Part shown: piece after piece, positions 12,737 to 23,677 of the stretch
How positions within the stretch are numbered: the first letter of the stretch is position 1
Layout of the letters: the number at the start of each line of letters is the position of its first letter
Origin: Azolla caroliniana
Lineage: Eukaryota; Plantae; Polypodiophyta
Direction: 5' to 3'
Length of the DNA: 64,000 nt
Assembly: GCA_043228905.1 (NCBI GenBank)
Contig: JBHGNT010000130.1
Span: 1-64,000, forward strand
Program-made: the position numbers and the translations under genes
Notes under the pieces: generated by a model
The model's database searches: none
Seen by the model: only the letters and a program-made list of their open reading frames with translations
Told to the model about the DNA's origin: nothing

Positions 12737-15700
12737 CTCGCCCCCTCCAAACCCGCACATCCTCCGGTATGTGCCGAAGTTCTTGATTCTTCGTATCCGT
12801 CTTCATCCGAAGCTTCCTCCGATTCTCCCCTTATGTCGACTATGAGTTGTAATCCACTTTCTTCGCTTCCCGCATCATTGTGGTCTTCGTCCGATTGCTC
12901 CTCGTTGTCGGCCTCGACTTGGATCACATAAGGTTTGTCGTCGGTCCGCTTCTTGAAAATCTTCACCCGCTTCCCGGCTATAGGCACTCGTAGTATTGTT
13001 CCATCCAACTCGGACAGTCGGTACGTCCCGTTGTCGAAGACCTTCCGAACCTCGTACGGCCCGAACCACCTTTTCGCGAATTTCCGCATCGTTGTATGTT
13101 GATGGTCCAAGCTACTATCATAGACGATCACCCAATCTCCTTCTTCAATCCTCCTCGGTCGTAGTCGGTGCTTTGTGTCGAACCGGCTTTTGTTCCGGAA
13201 CCGTGCTTCTTGTTGTCGGCGTGACGCTTCCGCTACATCTTTCGGTCTTCCCTCCAGTTGTCGTATCCGGACCGCTAGTAGTTCTTCCCGGCTCATCTCT
13301 TCCTTCCACGGTAGTATTGTCCATGTCGCGATTGCGGTTTCCGTTGGCATTACCGGTGCTTGTCCGGTCATGAGTTCTGCCGGCATGTAACCGGTCACGG
13401 TGCTATGCGTCGTCCGATCCGCCCATAGTGCATACGGAAGCATTTGTGGCCAATCCTTCACCCTTCCGTCGCATGCCTTCGCAAGTGCTTTCACGATCGG
13501 ACTATGTCCTCGTTCGATCTTCCCGTTGGCCTCCGGATTGTAGGCCGTTGTCAACGTTAACCGAACTCCATGTTTGGCGAAGAATTCCCTAGCTTTGTCC
13601 GAGTCGAGTTCTCCCCGGTCCGCAATCACTTGTCCTACGCAGCCGTACCTACAAAACACTTCTTCCAAAAGAAATTGGCACACCGCGGCACACGTTTTCC
13701 TCCGAAGCGCTCGACCTTCAACTTGGTTTGTGAGATCTTCTCGAGCTAACACCAAGTATTTCTTTTGTCCAATCCCGGTCGGCATAGCTACAATGTCGAC
13801 CATCCACTTGAAGTTGATTGTCGGTGAGAATGTCGGATGCAGCTCATCTCGGTGTCGGACCCCGGAGTAGACTTGACATTTCTCGCAGCTTTCTGTGAAC
13901 TCCGCGACATCTTTATACATGTTCTTCCACCAATATCTTTGCTTGATTTTCACAAAAGTTGCCCATGTTCCTCGATGTCCAGCCCAATCGGATTCGTGGA
14001 ACTCAGACATTATCCGGTTTCGTTGTTCTTTCATCCCGACTACTCGAAGTGGTATCCCATCCGGTCTTTTCGGCGTCCTCCATATTAAACCGTTTTCCAA
14101 GAAGAACTTTTGGACTTGCCTCTTCTTCCTTCGGATCTCGGCTCTCCTTTCTTTATCATTGGTTGAATCCTCGACCTCTTGTAGCATCTTCCCGATCATC
14201 AAGGTTTCCCCCTCGTATTCTTCTTCCCGGAATTCTCGGATCACGTTCACTCGGCATATGTGTTCTGACGTGAAGTAGTCTTCGGAAACTTCTTCATTAT
14301 CTGATTCGGTTATGTCGTCTTCAAACCGCGCCCTCGATAACATGTCCGCTACCGCGTTGTCCTTCCCCGAGATGTGTCGAACCTCCGGATTAAGTGACTT
14401 GACATATGCAATCCACCTTAGCATAGCCACATCCGGTATCGTACAACACCGCATCATCCCGAGTATCGGAAGACAATCCGTCTCGATCACCACTTCAGCT
14501 CCGATCAAATAATCCCGATCCGATTTTATCGCCGACACGACTCCCCACAATTCTCTTTTGATTTGTGCATATCCGCGTTGCCTTTCGTTGAGGACCTTTG
14601 CTCCAAATCGAATCGGATACCGCGAACCATCCGAGTCGGCTTGATTGATGACCCACCCGATACCGGTTGGACTTGTATCAACCGTTACTATGATTGGCCG
14701 CTCGTAGCTTGGCTTCTTAAGTGATTCCGCCCTCCATAGTGTCTTCTTGAGCTTCCTCATGGCTTTAGTGTGTTCCGGTTTCCACTCGAATGTCTTACCT
14801 TTCCGCAACAAGTGATAGAGCGGGTCCGCTATATGTGCATAGTGCGGAATCCATATGTGATAGAATGCACACACACCTAGAAACCTTCGGACTTCCGATG
14901 TTGACTCACATACTTCCTTCATAGCTTGAATCGCATCGATCTTTGTTGGTGACGGTCTTCGGCCGTAGGGTCCACATAGATGTCCGACCACCAATATTTC
15001 TTCTTGCCCGAATGCCGATTTCTCCCCGGAAAGTGTTAGGTGCACATCTTCTAGCTTTCGCAACACTTTCTCGCAATCATGAATATGGTCGACCACGAAC
15101 TTTCGGCATCCCCGATCATCCATAGTCTCATCTTTTTCTTCCACCGCGCATCCTTTCATCGGAATGTCATCTAGAAACGGCATCGTTATCTCCGGGATGC
15201 AATCTCGAAGCACCTTGTTCATCGCGTTCATCATATGTGCAACCGAGTTTGTCACTCGTTGTGGTAGTGTGCACATTCGAACTAGTCCTATCGGTGTCCG
15301 CATGGTAGTGATGTCTCGGCTCTCCACGGCTAGTTGGAATTGGTCATACCCCGAGTATAGGTCCCCGATGGAGTATATCGCACGTCCGGCAAAAGCTTCC
15401 GCGAATTCGTCCACTATCGGACTGACTCCCGAGTTCCGGATCGTGACCTTGTTCACCGGTTGCAAGTCTTGGATGAATCGGAGTGACCCATTCTTCTTCG
15501 GAACCGTAAACCATCGATTTGAGTACGGAGCACTTGATGGCTCTAGAATCCCCATCGCCACCTTCTCCTTGAGCAAGTCGATGACTTTCGGAATATGCGC
15601 CCGTGGCACCGGAATCGGCTTCAGGTTCCACGGTACATGATCAATCGTGAAAATCACCATCGGCTCCACTATCTTTGGATCAATGCATCCGATCTCCCTC

Positions 15701-16191
15701 GATGTGAACGCGAATGATTTGCCATGTTGCTCCAACATCTCTCGAAACCGTTTTTCTTCTTCTTGTAAGAGGAACCCACCTCCACCGATCCGAAGTTTCT
15801 TCCGGGTCTCATCTGTGAAGGCATGTCCGATATCCACGGACTTCCGAAGTGTCGGATCTCCCGAGACTTCTTTCTTCTTTTGTTCGCTATCGGCGGGTAG
15901 TGGTCCCGCGGCCGGTTTTACCTTCTTCTCCACGGTCTTGTATTTCGTACTTACCATTGCTTCTTCTTTGCGGAGCGCATCCGGCCCCATTTTCGCAACG
16001 ATCTCGTACATCTCGACCGATTCCACCGGGACTACCCGGTTCCCTTGGCTTTTATCTTCCGCAAGCTCTTCAAGCCGTTGTAGTGTATTCCCATAGAACA
16101 CTTCCTCGATCACTCCCACGATTTCTTCGTCTTCTTTTATTATTGATGCCGACCGTAACTTATCCTCCACTTGTCGGTATTGTTTCTTCAT
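12724..16191 (-). CDS. pol: Pol (RT, RNase H, integrase). Frame is open from 16449 and probably entered by -1 frameshift; stop lies inside the 3' LTR
   Basis: RT FLDD, RNase H VDTSPTGIG and ETDC, integrase HESDWAGH...CEKC, ADRGE, ANGKIERG and FGPY. Confidence 0.95.
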   Translation of the reverse strand: MKKQYRQVEDKLRSASIIKEDEEIVGVIEEVFYGNTLQRLEELAEDKSQGNRVVPVESVEMYEIVAKMGPDALRKEEAMVSTKYKTVEKKVKPAAGPLPADSEQKKKEVSGDPTLRKSVDIGHAFTDETRKKLRIGGGGFLLQEEEKRFREMLEQHGKSFAFTSREIGCIDPKIVEPMVIFTIDHVPWNLKPIPVPRAHIPKVIDLLKEKVAMGILEPSSAPYSNRWFTVPKKNGSLRFIQDLQPVNKVTIRNSGVSPIVDEFAEAFAGRAIYSIGDLYSGYDQFQLAVESRDITTMRTPIGLVRMCTLPQRVTNSVAHMMNAMNKVLRDCIPEITMPFLDDIPMKGCAVEEKDETMDDRGCRKFVVDHIHDCEKVLRKLEDVHLTLSGEKSAFGQEEILVVGHLCGPYGRRPSPTKIDAIQAMKEVCESTSEVRRFLGVCAFYHIWIPHYAHIADPLYHLLRKGKTFEWKPEHTKAMRKLKKTLWRAESLKKPSYERPIIVTVDTSPTGIGWVINQADSDGSRYPIRFGAKVLNERQRGYAQIKRELWGVVSAIKSDRDYLIGAEVVIETDCLPILGMMRCCTIPDVAMLRWIAYVKSLNPEVRHISGKDNAVADMLSRARFEDDITESDNEEVSEDYFTSEHICRVNVIREFREEEYEGETLMIGKMLQEVEDSTNDKERRAEIRRKKRQVQKFFLENGLIWRTPKRPDGIPLRVVGMKEQRNRIMSEFHESDWAGHRGTWATFVKIKQRYWWKNMYKDVAEFTESCEKCQVYSGVRHRDELHPTFSPTINFKWMVDIVAMPTGIGQKKYLVLAREDLTNQVEGRALRRKTCAAVCQFLLEEVFCRYGCVGQVIADRGELDSDKAREFFAKHGVRLTLTTAYNPEANGKIERGHSPIVKALAKACDGRVKDWPQMLPYALWADRTTHSTVTGYMPAELMTGQAPVMPTETAIATWTILPWKEEMSREELLAVRIRQLEGRPKDVAEASRRQQEARFRNKSRFDTKHRLRPRRIEEGDWVIVYDSSLDHQHTTMRKFAKRWFGPYEVRKVFDNGTYRLSELDGTILRVPIAGKRVKIFKKRTDDKPYVIQVEADNEEQSDEDHNDAGSEESGLQLIVDIRGESEEASDEDGYEESRTSAHTGGCAGLEGASVVV
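12737..12750 (-). other. Polypurine tract
   Basis: TTGGAGGGGGCGAG lies immediately upstream of the 3' LTR on the minus strand. Confidence 0.75.
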
Positions 16192-16271
16192 TCCTTCGGT
16201 TACGGCCGTGTACGTAGATGCCCCATCCGGGCCGATTCGTACTTGTTTTGCTCCGAGACTTTTCTTCCTGT

Positions 16272-16335
16272 GTGGGGTATCAGGGCTTCTCGGACTATCA
16301 CTTCCCCACTCCGCAACAGTCCGCTTTAAAAATCC
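16272..16335 (-). promoter_or_regulatory. -1 ribosomal frameshift signal: G GAU UUU slippery site plus H-type pseudoknot
   Basis: The gag frame reads GAT TTT TAA and pol is in the -1 frame. After a 5-nt spacer, CGGACTGTTGC pairs with GTGATAGTCCG, and loop GTGGGG pairs with downstream CCCCAC. Confidence 0.8.
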
Positions 16336-18365
16336 ATTCTCACTTGGGACAAGAGTTCCCTCTTGTTCCTTTCGTGATTTGCTGGCACCGTTAGGAATTG
16401 GACGGATTTCCCTCCGTTTTGGCTCCGAATTCGCGCAAAAGCCGCACCACTATCGAGCACCTTCGTCTCCATCCGTGAAGCCGTGATAAAGGGTTGGCCG
16501 AGGATGACAGAATGTGAAACCTCATCCTGCACAAAGAAATTTTGGTCAATTTCGACATCCCCGATCTTTACCGTCACATCCGGACAAGCCGCAAATAGGT
16601 CTTCTGTCGTTTTCGTGGCTGCCCGAATCTTCCATCCATGGTTGGTGTTTATAGGCCACTTCCCCTTTCGGTAGAACTCCTTGGACATCAAGTTGATCTC
16701 CGATCCGTGATCAATCAATGCTAGCACGGGTTCTTTGATGTTGCCGATTCGGACCGGAGTCTCCGTAGTCGCACGTGCCCAGTGTGGCCTTGTATAGTGG
16801 GAGTTCGGAATTTCGCCTTCCACTTCGGTGTCGTTCATTGAAACGGTATTTGCATTCACCCTTGGAGCATTTTCCTCCGTACTTTGTCTCTTCCTTTTCA
16901 CGAGATCCACGAGAAGATCGTGAAACTCCTTCTTCGCTATTCTGAGTAGTTCCCGCAGCGAAAAATCTACCCGGCTATCCAAGATTCTTTCCTCGAACAC
17001 TCTTTTCAAGTCGGTTTGTTGTTCTTTGTCCGAGGCGAGCTTGAATGCCGGAGTCGCCTTTTCTTTTCCCTTACCTCCGGAGTTCCAGCTTTCCGGTATC
17101 TTCGATGGTCCGGCCGCATCCTCCGTGCGCCGTCGTTTCTCGTCCACATACACCTCATGTAATTGACACAGGGCGTATATGCTATTCTTGTCGACAGGGC
17201 ACTCCCATCCCGTAGCTTCCCGGACGCCTTCCGCGGTGTTTCGGATATCGTTGGAGTCGGTTTTCTCGGTGTTTCCTAGCACCTCCGGCCAGAAAGACGC
17301 CTTCGCTCCCGTTGACTCCCCGACACATATTCCCGCGGTTGTCGCATAGTTGCTTCTTGCCGCTAACTCCTCCTCGAGCCCCTTCTTCATGCCGCCTTTC
17401 CGGAAGTTCGGTTGGAGTGGCTTCCGAGAGTCCATCGAATGAATCCGGTTTCCCTCGTAGTAGATGAGATCCCGTCGTAGCGCCTCCTTATGGTCGTCGC
17501 AATCCCTCCAATCGTGTTCGGCGCTATCGCACCATATGCACCGTCGATCCGTATATTTGGAGCTTGTGGGGCGGTCATCCGACTTCTTCACCATCGCGAT
17601 CTTTAGATTCTCCATCTCCTTCAGCAGCTGCTCCACCGTAGACGCGTCGACTCCCTTCTCGGCCGTAATCTCCCGAGCCCTCGGTTGATGGTCTTCCAGT
17701 CCCGTTCTCGGTTTCGGAATCGGTTCCGAAACCCTCTTTTCTTCGTTGGCAAGCCATTGCCCCCTCTTCGTGTACCGCGCAACGATATCCCGCACGCTTT
17801 CCCATGTTTCAGTGAGGCCGCTTTCGGTGGTCGTGTCCTCAAGAAGCACTCCAAGATCTTTCCGGTCCCGGACGTCCACAGCTCGCAAAAACATGATGAC
17901 TTTGTCCGGTGCAAGAATAGTTTGATCTCTAGCGGACAACCTCCCGAACCGACTTTCGAATGTCGAAAACACTTCGAGGACCTTCAGCCCCTTACCTGAC
18001 GTTTCCACCCAATCCTCGAATCCCCTCCGCGTTGCCTTGGAGGAGTCCTCGATGGCAAACGTGGTCTTTAACGCCTCTTCGAATGCTTCCCACGTCGGAT
18101 TTTGTTGTTGCAACCCGTGGATACTCCCTTGAAGCCCGTCGGTCGCCACCCGGTTAAAGGATGTCACTTGCAGTCCTTCCGAAGCCCGGCACCGGAGCAT
18201 CTCCGCCTTGTAGTCCTGCAAATATCGCGACACATCCTTACCATTAAATTGCCCGTTGCGTTGCACGAGCCGCTCTACTGATGCCGAAATCTCCGACATC
18301 GTGCGTTGTTCTTGAAGCATCCGTTCGAACATCGCCATCATATTGTTAGCTTGTTGAGCCTCCAT
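16326..18365 (-). CDS. gag: Gag-protease (first ATG at 18365; frame open to 18452)
   Basis: CCHC knuckle CIWCDSAEHDWRDC; aspartic protease ALIDHGSEIN...VILGQPF. Confidence 0.9.
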   Translation of the reverse strand: MEAQQANNMMAMFERMLQEQRTMSEISASVERLVQRNGQFNGKDVSRYLQDYKAEMLRCRASEGLQVTSFNRVATDGLQGSIHGLQQQNPTWEAFEEALKTTFAIEDSSKATRRGFEDWVETSGKGLKVLEVFSTFESRFGRLSARDQTILAPDKVIMFLRAVDVRDRKDLGVLLEDTTTESGLTETWESVRDIVARYTKRGQWLANEEKRVSEPIPKPRTGLEDHQPRAREITAEKGVDASTVEQLLKEMENLKIAMVKKSDDRPTSSKYTDRRCIWCDSAEHDWRDCDDHKEALRRDLIYYEGNRIHSMDSRKPLQPNFRKGGMKKGLEEELAARSNYATTAGICVGESTGAKASFWPEVLGNTEKTDSNDIRNTAEGVREATGWECPVDKNSIYALCQLHEVYVDEKRRRTEDAAGPSKIPESWNSGGKGKEKATPAFKLASDKEQQTDLKRVFEERILDSRVDFSLRELLRIAKKEFHDLLVDLVKRKRQSTEENAPRVNANTVSMNDTEVEGEIPNSHYTRPHWARATTETPVRIGNIKEPVLALIDHGSEINLMSKEFYRKGKWPINTNHGWKIRAATKTTEDLFAACPDVTVKIGDVEIDQNFFVQDEVSHSVILGQPFITASRMETKVLDSGAAFARIRSQNGGKSVQFLTVPANHERNKRELLSQVRMDF

Positions 18366-18381
18366 CTCCTTGCCACCCGTC

Positions 18382-18399
18382 TTCACGTCGGGTTCACCA
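18382..18399 (-). other. Primer-binding site complementary to the 3' end of tRNA-Trp
   Basis: The plus strand reads TTCACGTCGGGTTCACCA, matching the 3' 18 nt of plant cytosolic tRNA-Trp(CCA) as I recall it. It lies 4 nt from the 5' LTR. Confidence 0.85.
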
Positions 18400-18403
18400 A
18401 CTG

Positions 18404-19229
18404 TGTCGTGCCTTTCGGCTCCGGATCGTTGCGTGAGTCGGGTGGGAACCACAGAGGTCTTGGACTAGGAGAAAGAAGTTCGTGAGATAGAGATTAATTA
18501 TGAATAAATAGCGAAGAGAAAGATAAGAAAAATCGTGAATCACACGAGTATACTATATTAATTGGTACTTAGGGTGTTAAGAGAGAAGTAGATGTATAAA
18601 TCGTGAATCCCACGAATAATTTTTGTATTGATTAATACTTAATCCAAATAATCAACAACCCTTTACATATTTCTCTCCTCCTTATATAAGGAAGGAAGAG
18701 CTAAGCATGGCTTCATGCTTTTTTTTTTTTACAAAAAGTGTTCATGTCCACTAAATGTGCATGTGATGCTTTTTTATTTCCTAAGTATAGGGCTCATGCA
18801 CGCTAGATGTGCATGAGTTATTTTTAGTGTCTCGTCTTTTTCATATATTAAAAAAATACACGATTTACCTTTTAATAAAGGTATGCATAAATAAAGGTCT
18901 TATACATATTAAATCTATATTTAAAACACTTAAGATAATTTAATGTAATGGTAAGGTTGGGGTTTGTCAACGTGGAGGTGCAGAGTTTGAATCACGCCCT
19001 GCGCAGTAGTGAGTATTTCCTTTTTTTACGTTTATGTCTCTATGCCGTTTTTCCTCCTTGCCGGTATGCCGTTTTCTTCCTTGCCGGTATGCCGTTTTCC
19101 TCCTTGCCGGTATGCCGTTTTCCTCCTTGCCGGTATGCCGTTTTCTTCCGGTTCTCACCGAGCACTCCATTCTCTATCCGGAGGGACAAAAATATAATTT
19201 CCACATAGTGTGCAACCTACACTACGACA
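18404..19229 (-). repeat. 5' LTR (826 bp) with a 23-bp tandem array
   Basis: TGTCGTAG...CACGACA on the minus strand; gccggtatgccgttttcYtcctt units. Confidence 0.95.
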
Positions 19230-19479
19230 CCGTGATAAGACTTACCAAAATTGAGAAATGTAACCCCAAATCTGACAAGCAATCAGACATTGTATATAAA
19301 TCGATGAGTACTATCTTCCATTTGAACAATGCAAAAAAACCAATTACCCGTTGCTAATCCACGACCCTTTAGAACTAATCCCAAAGACAATCCTCTAATC
19401 AAAACTCTCCAAATTAAGACCTTAGATGATCAAATTTGTAAGATTTGCCACCACCCATGATCAAATTTGTGTATTCTCT

Positions 19480-21020
19480 ATTCTTCTTTAGCCTTAGATG
19501 ATAATCATCCAAGAGACTAAGCAAAGCAATGACACAAAAGATTAGTAGTCACTTGTAGCAACGACGCTTGACCCTTTAAACACCAATCAATCCACGATTG
19601 TTCTCCTATTTGTAGAGGTAAGGGACCTTGCATCAATGGAATATTTTGTAGTTGTTGCCAAATAAACCGATAATTAGGTGGAATGCGTAATAATTATCAC
19701 GCTTCAACAAACTCAAAAATTCTTTGAGATAAAGCCTCAACTATATCTCCCACCTCTTTGACCCCCAAACGATTAAATTGAGAGCGCAATCTCTCCTTTC
19801 CTAGCCAACATAATAATCTTCCACAACAAATATTGAAGAGGTTGCAAAATAGAATGCAAAGCCTTCTTTGTCCATGGCAACAATGGCAAGTAATATAATA
19901 TCATGGGTTCCATAATACATTGTACAACCTTCAAAAGTACATGAAATGGCCAAGATTGTGCCATCCAATACATGAACTTATTCCTCAACTTGCTAGACAT
20001 CCATTCAATCAATTGACCATTTGTAACATTCATTCCTAATGCATATCCCAAGTGTCAAAAAATAGAGTCTTTCTTCACCACAAATACTTGCCATCCTAAA
20101 CATTCCAAATCCTTTTCAATACATGATATGAGACTAGACTTCCTCCAATTAATATGTAATCCGGAAGCCAATGCAAATTGGTTCCATACAAGCATCCCCT
20201 TCTCAAGATTTGCTCACGAGGCTTGTAGAAACATGAAAGAATCATCAACCAAAGCTTGTGCTACAAGTTGCCCTCCAGACGGAAGGTTTAGACCCACAAT
20301 GTCACCATTTGTTGCAAACCTTGATAACATCACTAACAAGGGATGAGTAACAACAACAAACAACAATGGACTAAGAGGGCATCCTTCATGAATGAATCTT
20401 GTGTGAAGGAAATATCTAATATAACTCGGGACCCCCATTAAGGATTACCGAGACACCGCATCTTGTCCTAATAAAAATATGAGGCGAGACATGAGGTCCA
20501 AAGCACATTGTATGCATTAAACTAGAAACAAAGGAACAATGAACATGATCATAAGCTTTCTCCATATCTAATTACACAATAATCAATTCTTGATGATTGT
20601 TTTGAGCATAATCCATGGCCATTTGAACATTCAACACATTATGCAATATATTCCTCCCTGCAACAAAACCATATTGGGCAGGATGTATCAACTTTGGAAA
20701 ATACTTTTGTAATCTATTTGCCAAGACCTTTGTATCAACTCCACCATCAAAGAAATAGGTCTCCATTAATGAAATGATTTGGGAGATGTCACCTTTGGAA
20801 CTATTTTGATTAGACGAACCTTCCAAGCTTGAGGCATATGACGAGAATCCCAAGAATGTTGAAACATCAAAGTTAAGGACCCCTTAAAAATGTTGGAATA
20901 TCGCTTAAAAACTTCATTTGTTAAGCCATCCCAACCAGGGCTCTTAACACTCAGAAGATGCCTTAAAACTGTGTCCACGTCATCCTCAGTGAAATCCGCA
21001 TCCAATTCATGACTAATGAG
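19480..21020 (-). pseudogene. Degenerate L1-type LINE reverse transcriptase fragment (also ~53575-55115)
   Basis: KSPGWDGLTNEVFK, QYGFVAGRNI, LDMEKAYD, GCPLSPLLF and VDDS. Confidence 0.88.
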
Positions 21021-21879
21021 GTCATGTAGAATAAATGTTCAATTCAGAGACGCTGAACCAACAAAAGGCCCAGTGGAAGAGGCGCAAACACCACGACAAC
21101 AAGGGTGCTGAGAAAGGCCGCATGAGCAGACAAGCCGACAGGAAGGGTCGAGGTGCGCGGAATTGAACGAGTCGAGGAGCGCGAGCGAGGCGTGAAGCCA
21201 GGAGAAGCCAGAATGAAAATCCAAAAGAGCAGGCGGAACCTCAAGTTGAGCTTGAGGGGGAGTGTTGAGATACAAGCTCAACATTGGGTGCATAAACCGG
21301 TGCGTAAAGCGGGTGAGCAACGAGAGGCCGTAGCGGTGCTCAAACCGGGAGGCCGTTGGATAGATATTCCGTGCAGGAATATATTCTTGGGAGTTAGTGT
21401 AAGGGCTCATTGATGAGCATTGAAGTACGACGTGTCGGTACTTCCGTCAGTTTGTATGGACTTGTATAAAATTGCTCTCTAAGCACATCCTATGTATAGA
21501 GTTTTTTAGAGTATTATTTTGGAATAGAGTTTTTTGTGCTCTGCTCTCTCTGTCTCTCTTGCGTACATTGTGTTGATTAAGCTTTCCATTAGACTAGGAC
21601 TTGATGACATGTAGATGTAGTAAGCTGAACTTGTGCAAAAAAAACTCTACTCACTGGACTCGATGAAATGGAACTAGGACTATGAACTAGCTCTATAGAT
21701 CTAGGATAGTCCAACCAAATGGCTCCTATTTTGCTTGGACTTACTCGTTTAATACATCCTCTAATTGACTCAAGACATCGAATCAATTCTCATGTCATGG
21801 ACTATTAGGCTTACTTATGTTATTAGAAGTAACAATGGAACTTGAATTAGGGATGTCAAGTGCACTTACTTGGTATAAT

Positions 21880-23060
21880 TGACGCCTAGGCTTATGTGGA
21901 CAATTCACGACTATATGTCCTGGACTACCGCAATATAGGCAAAGGCGGTGTGCTCGATATCGTTGTTTCTTAGCACGTGATAAAGGCCTCGACTTTGTGT
22001 TGACTCTATTTCCATCGGAGTTAGGCCATCTGTTGTAATGGATCTGGACACTTGTGGACGCGTTGTGACTATAGAAGCATATATTTGTTCTTGTTGGCGG
22101 CTATAGAAGCCTCGAAATAAAGACCTCCTACCATCAAACTTGGTAGGGAGGCTAATCTTTGATTCTCGAGGGGAGTTTTGAGCCCCAACCGCTTGTTCTT
22201 GTAATGACAATATAGTAGCCTCGAGTTGGTGAACCCGTTGTCGTGCCTTTCAACGCCCGATCATTGCGCTCGGCCACCGTCATCATGTTGTTAGCCTCTT
22301 TTTGATTCTCCATCTCCTTGCGACCCGTTTTCATGCCGGGTTCACCAAATGTGTCATGCATTTCGGCGCCGGATCGTTGTGTGAGTCGGGTGGGTGGGAA
22401 TCGCTGGGATTTTCAACTAGGAGGAGGAAGAATTTGAAATGAGTCTAATTATGAATATATTGCAAGAAAGAGAGATAGGGAACTCGTGAATTCCACGAGT
22501 ATAACATATTAATCAATATTTAGAAAAGGATATGAATTTATATTGAAAGACAGTAATAGATAGAAAACATCATGAATCCCCACGAATGTAATATATTAAT
22601 CAACCCTTATGAAGGAAAATCAACCCCCTTACAATTTGACCCCCACCCCTATATAGTGATGGGAGAGACCAAGTATATAGTAATCCATGCTTTTCTTAAC
22701 TATAGACCTCATGCTTTTTTCCTTCTAATAACAATGTTCATGCACGTGAGATACATGTATGAATTGCTTTTTCGATTATTCGTTTTCTTTTGATTAAAGT
22801 TTTATGCACTCTACGTGTAAAAGTAGCTTTTCCTAAAAATTATACATAAAATAATCTTTGTATGTGGGATATCTACTTGTCTAACAGTAATGATGTGTTA
22901 GTATAATGGTAAAGCTATAGCTCATTAACATGGAGGTATAGGGTTTGAATCCTACCGTATGCATGTAACATACATTTTAATATTTTCTTCGGTTTCTTCA
23001 TATTTATCCAATTAGTTATTGTATATGTTTTTCATGTATCGTACAAATTACACTACGTCA
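21880..23060 (-). mobile_element. Relic: LTR (22352-23060) and PBS of the tRNA-Trp family joined to a chromovirus-type gag fragment (longer copy ~55975-57617)
   Basis: The LTR ends and PBS resemble 18382-19229. The gag then switches to KISLPTKFDG...FRGFLNQV, which resembles the gag at 29325-29591. Confidence 0.75.
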
Positions 23061-23394
23061 CCATTGTGGTAACTCTTCATATTGTTGAGCTTTCTCGGTA
23101 CTCATTTTTTGTAGGTCTACAAGTAGCCTTTGATTTTCATGCTCTAATGCCACAAATTTATTCGTGAGCATGTCGAGCTCAGAAAGAACACGCATACATT
23201 CTTGTTTGCTTAGGACTCCATAACTTACGAGGGGAGGAGAAGAAAGAAGAGAACTTGTTGGAAGAGGGAGAAATGAAAAATTGGTTCAAACTGTCAAGAC
23301 AGAGAGAGAGAGAGAATTGAAAACAAAATATTGTAGTGCACTTGTCATGATAGAGCATGGTATGGCATTAAAAGGATTGAAACCCATAACCTAG

Positions 23395-23636
23395 TGTCAC
23401 ATGGGCTGAAGCCCTACCATTAAACTATATATTATAATATAAAAAATATTGGTTTCATTTATTATTTCACTATAGAAAATTGGTGTATATTCCAAATTTC
23501 TCTAGAGCATTCTAGAAACTTCAGGAGTATAAAAAGAGGCACAAGGCATTATTTCGAATCAATTCGGTTCAACGCCAGTCTTAAGCCTCCTAGCTATTCT
23601 TGTACTTACTGTTCATATAATATATTACATGTTATC

Positions 23637-23677
<41 letters not shown>

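Larger units (their letters stand above)
11934..19229 (-). mobile_element. Intact, young full-length Ty3/gypsy LTR retrotransposon (no chromodomain)
   Basis: Two TG...CA LTRs, CCGT on both flanks (11930-11933 and 19230-19233), PBS, PPT and two uninterrupted ORFs. Absent from unit B (empty site ~53320). Confidence 0.97.

Noticed and set aside
12996-18157. Many plus-strand ORFs antisense to gag/pol
   Set aside because: Shadow ORFs of GC-rich coding sequence with no recognisable motifs.
18366-18452. Gag starting at a GTG inside the LTR
   Set aside because: Non-ATG start from a prokaryote-style ORF caller. The ATG at 18365 after the PBS is more plausible.
19040-19150. 23-bp array as CRISPR-like
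   Set aside because: Spacerless LTR minisatellite in a eukaryotic context.
21025-21460. GC-rich segment with ~120-aa ORFs
   Set aside because: No recognisable domain or definable termini. Probably an LTR or TE fragment.
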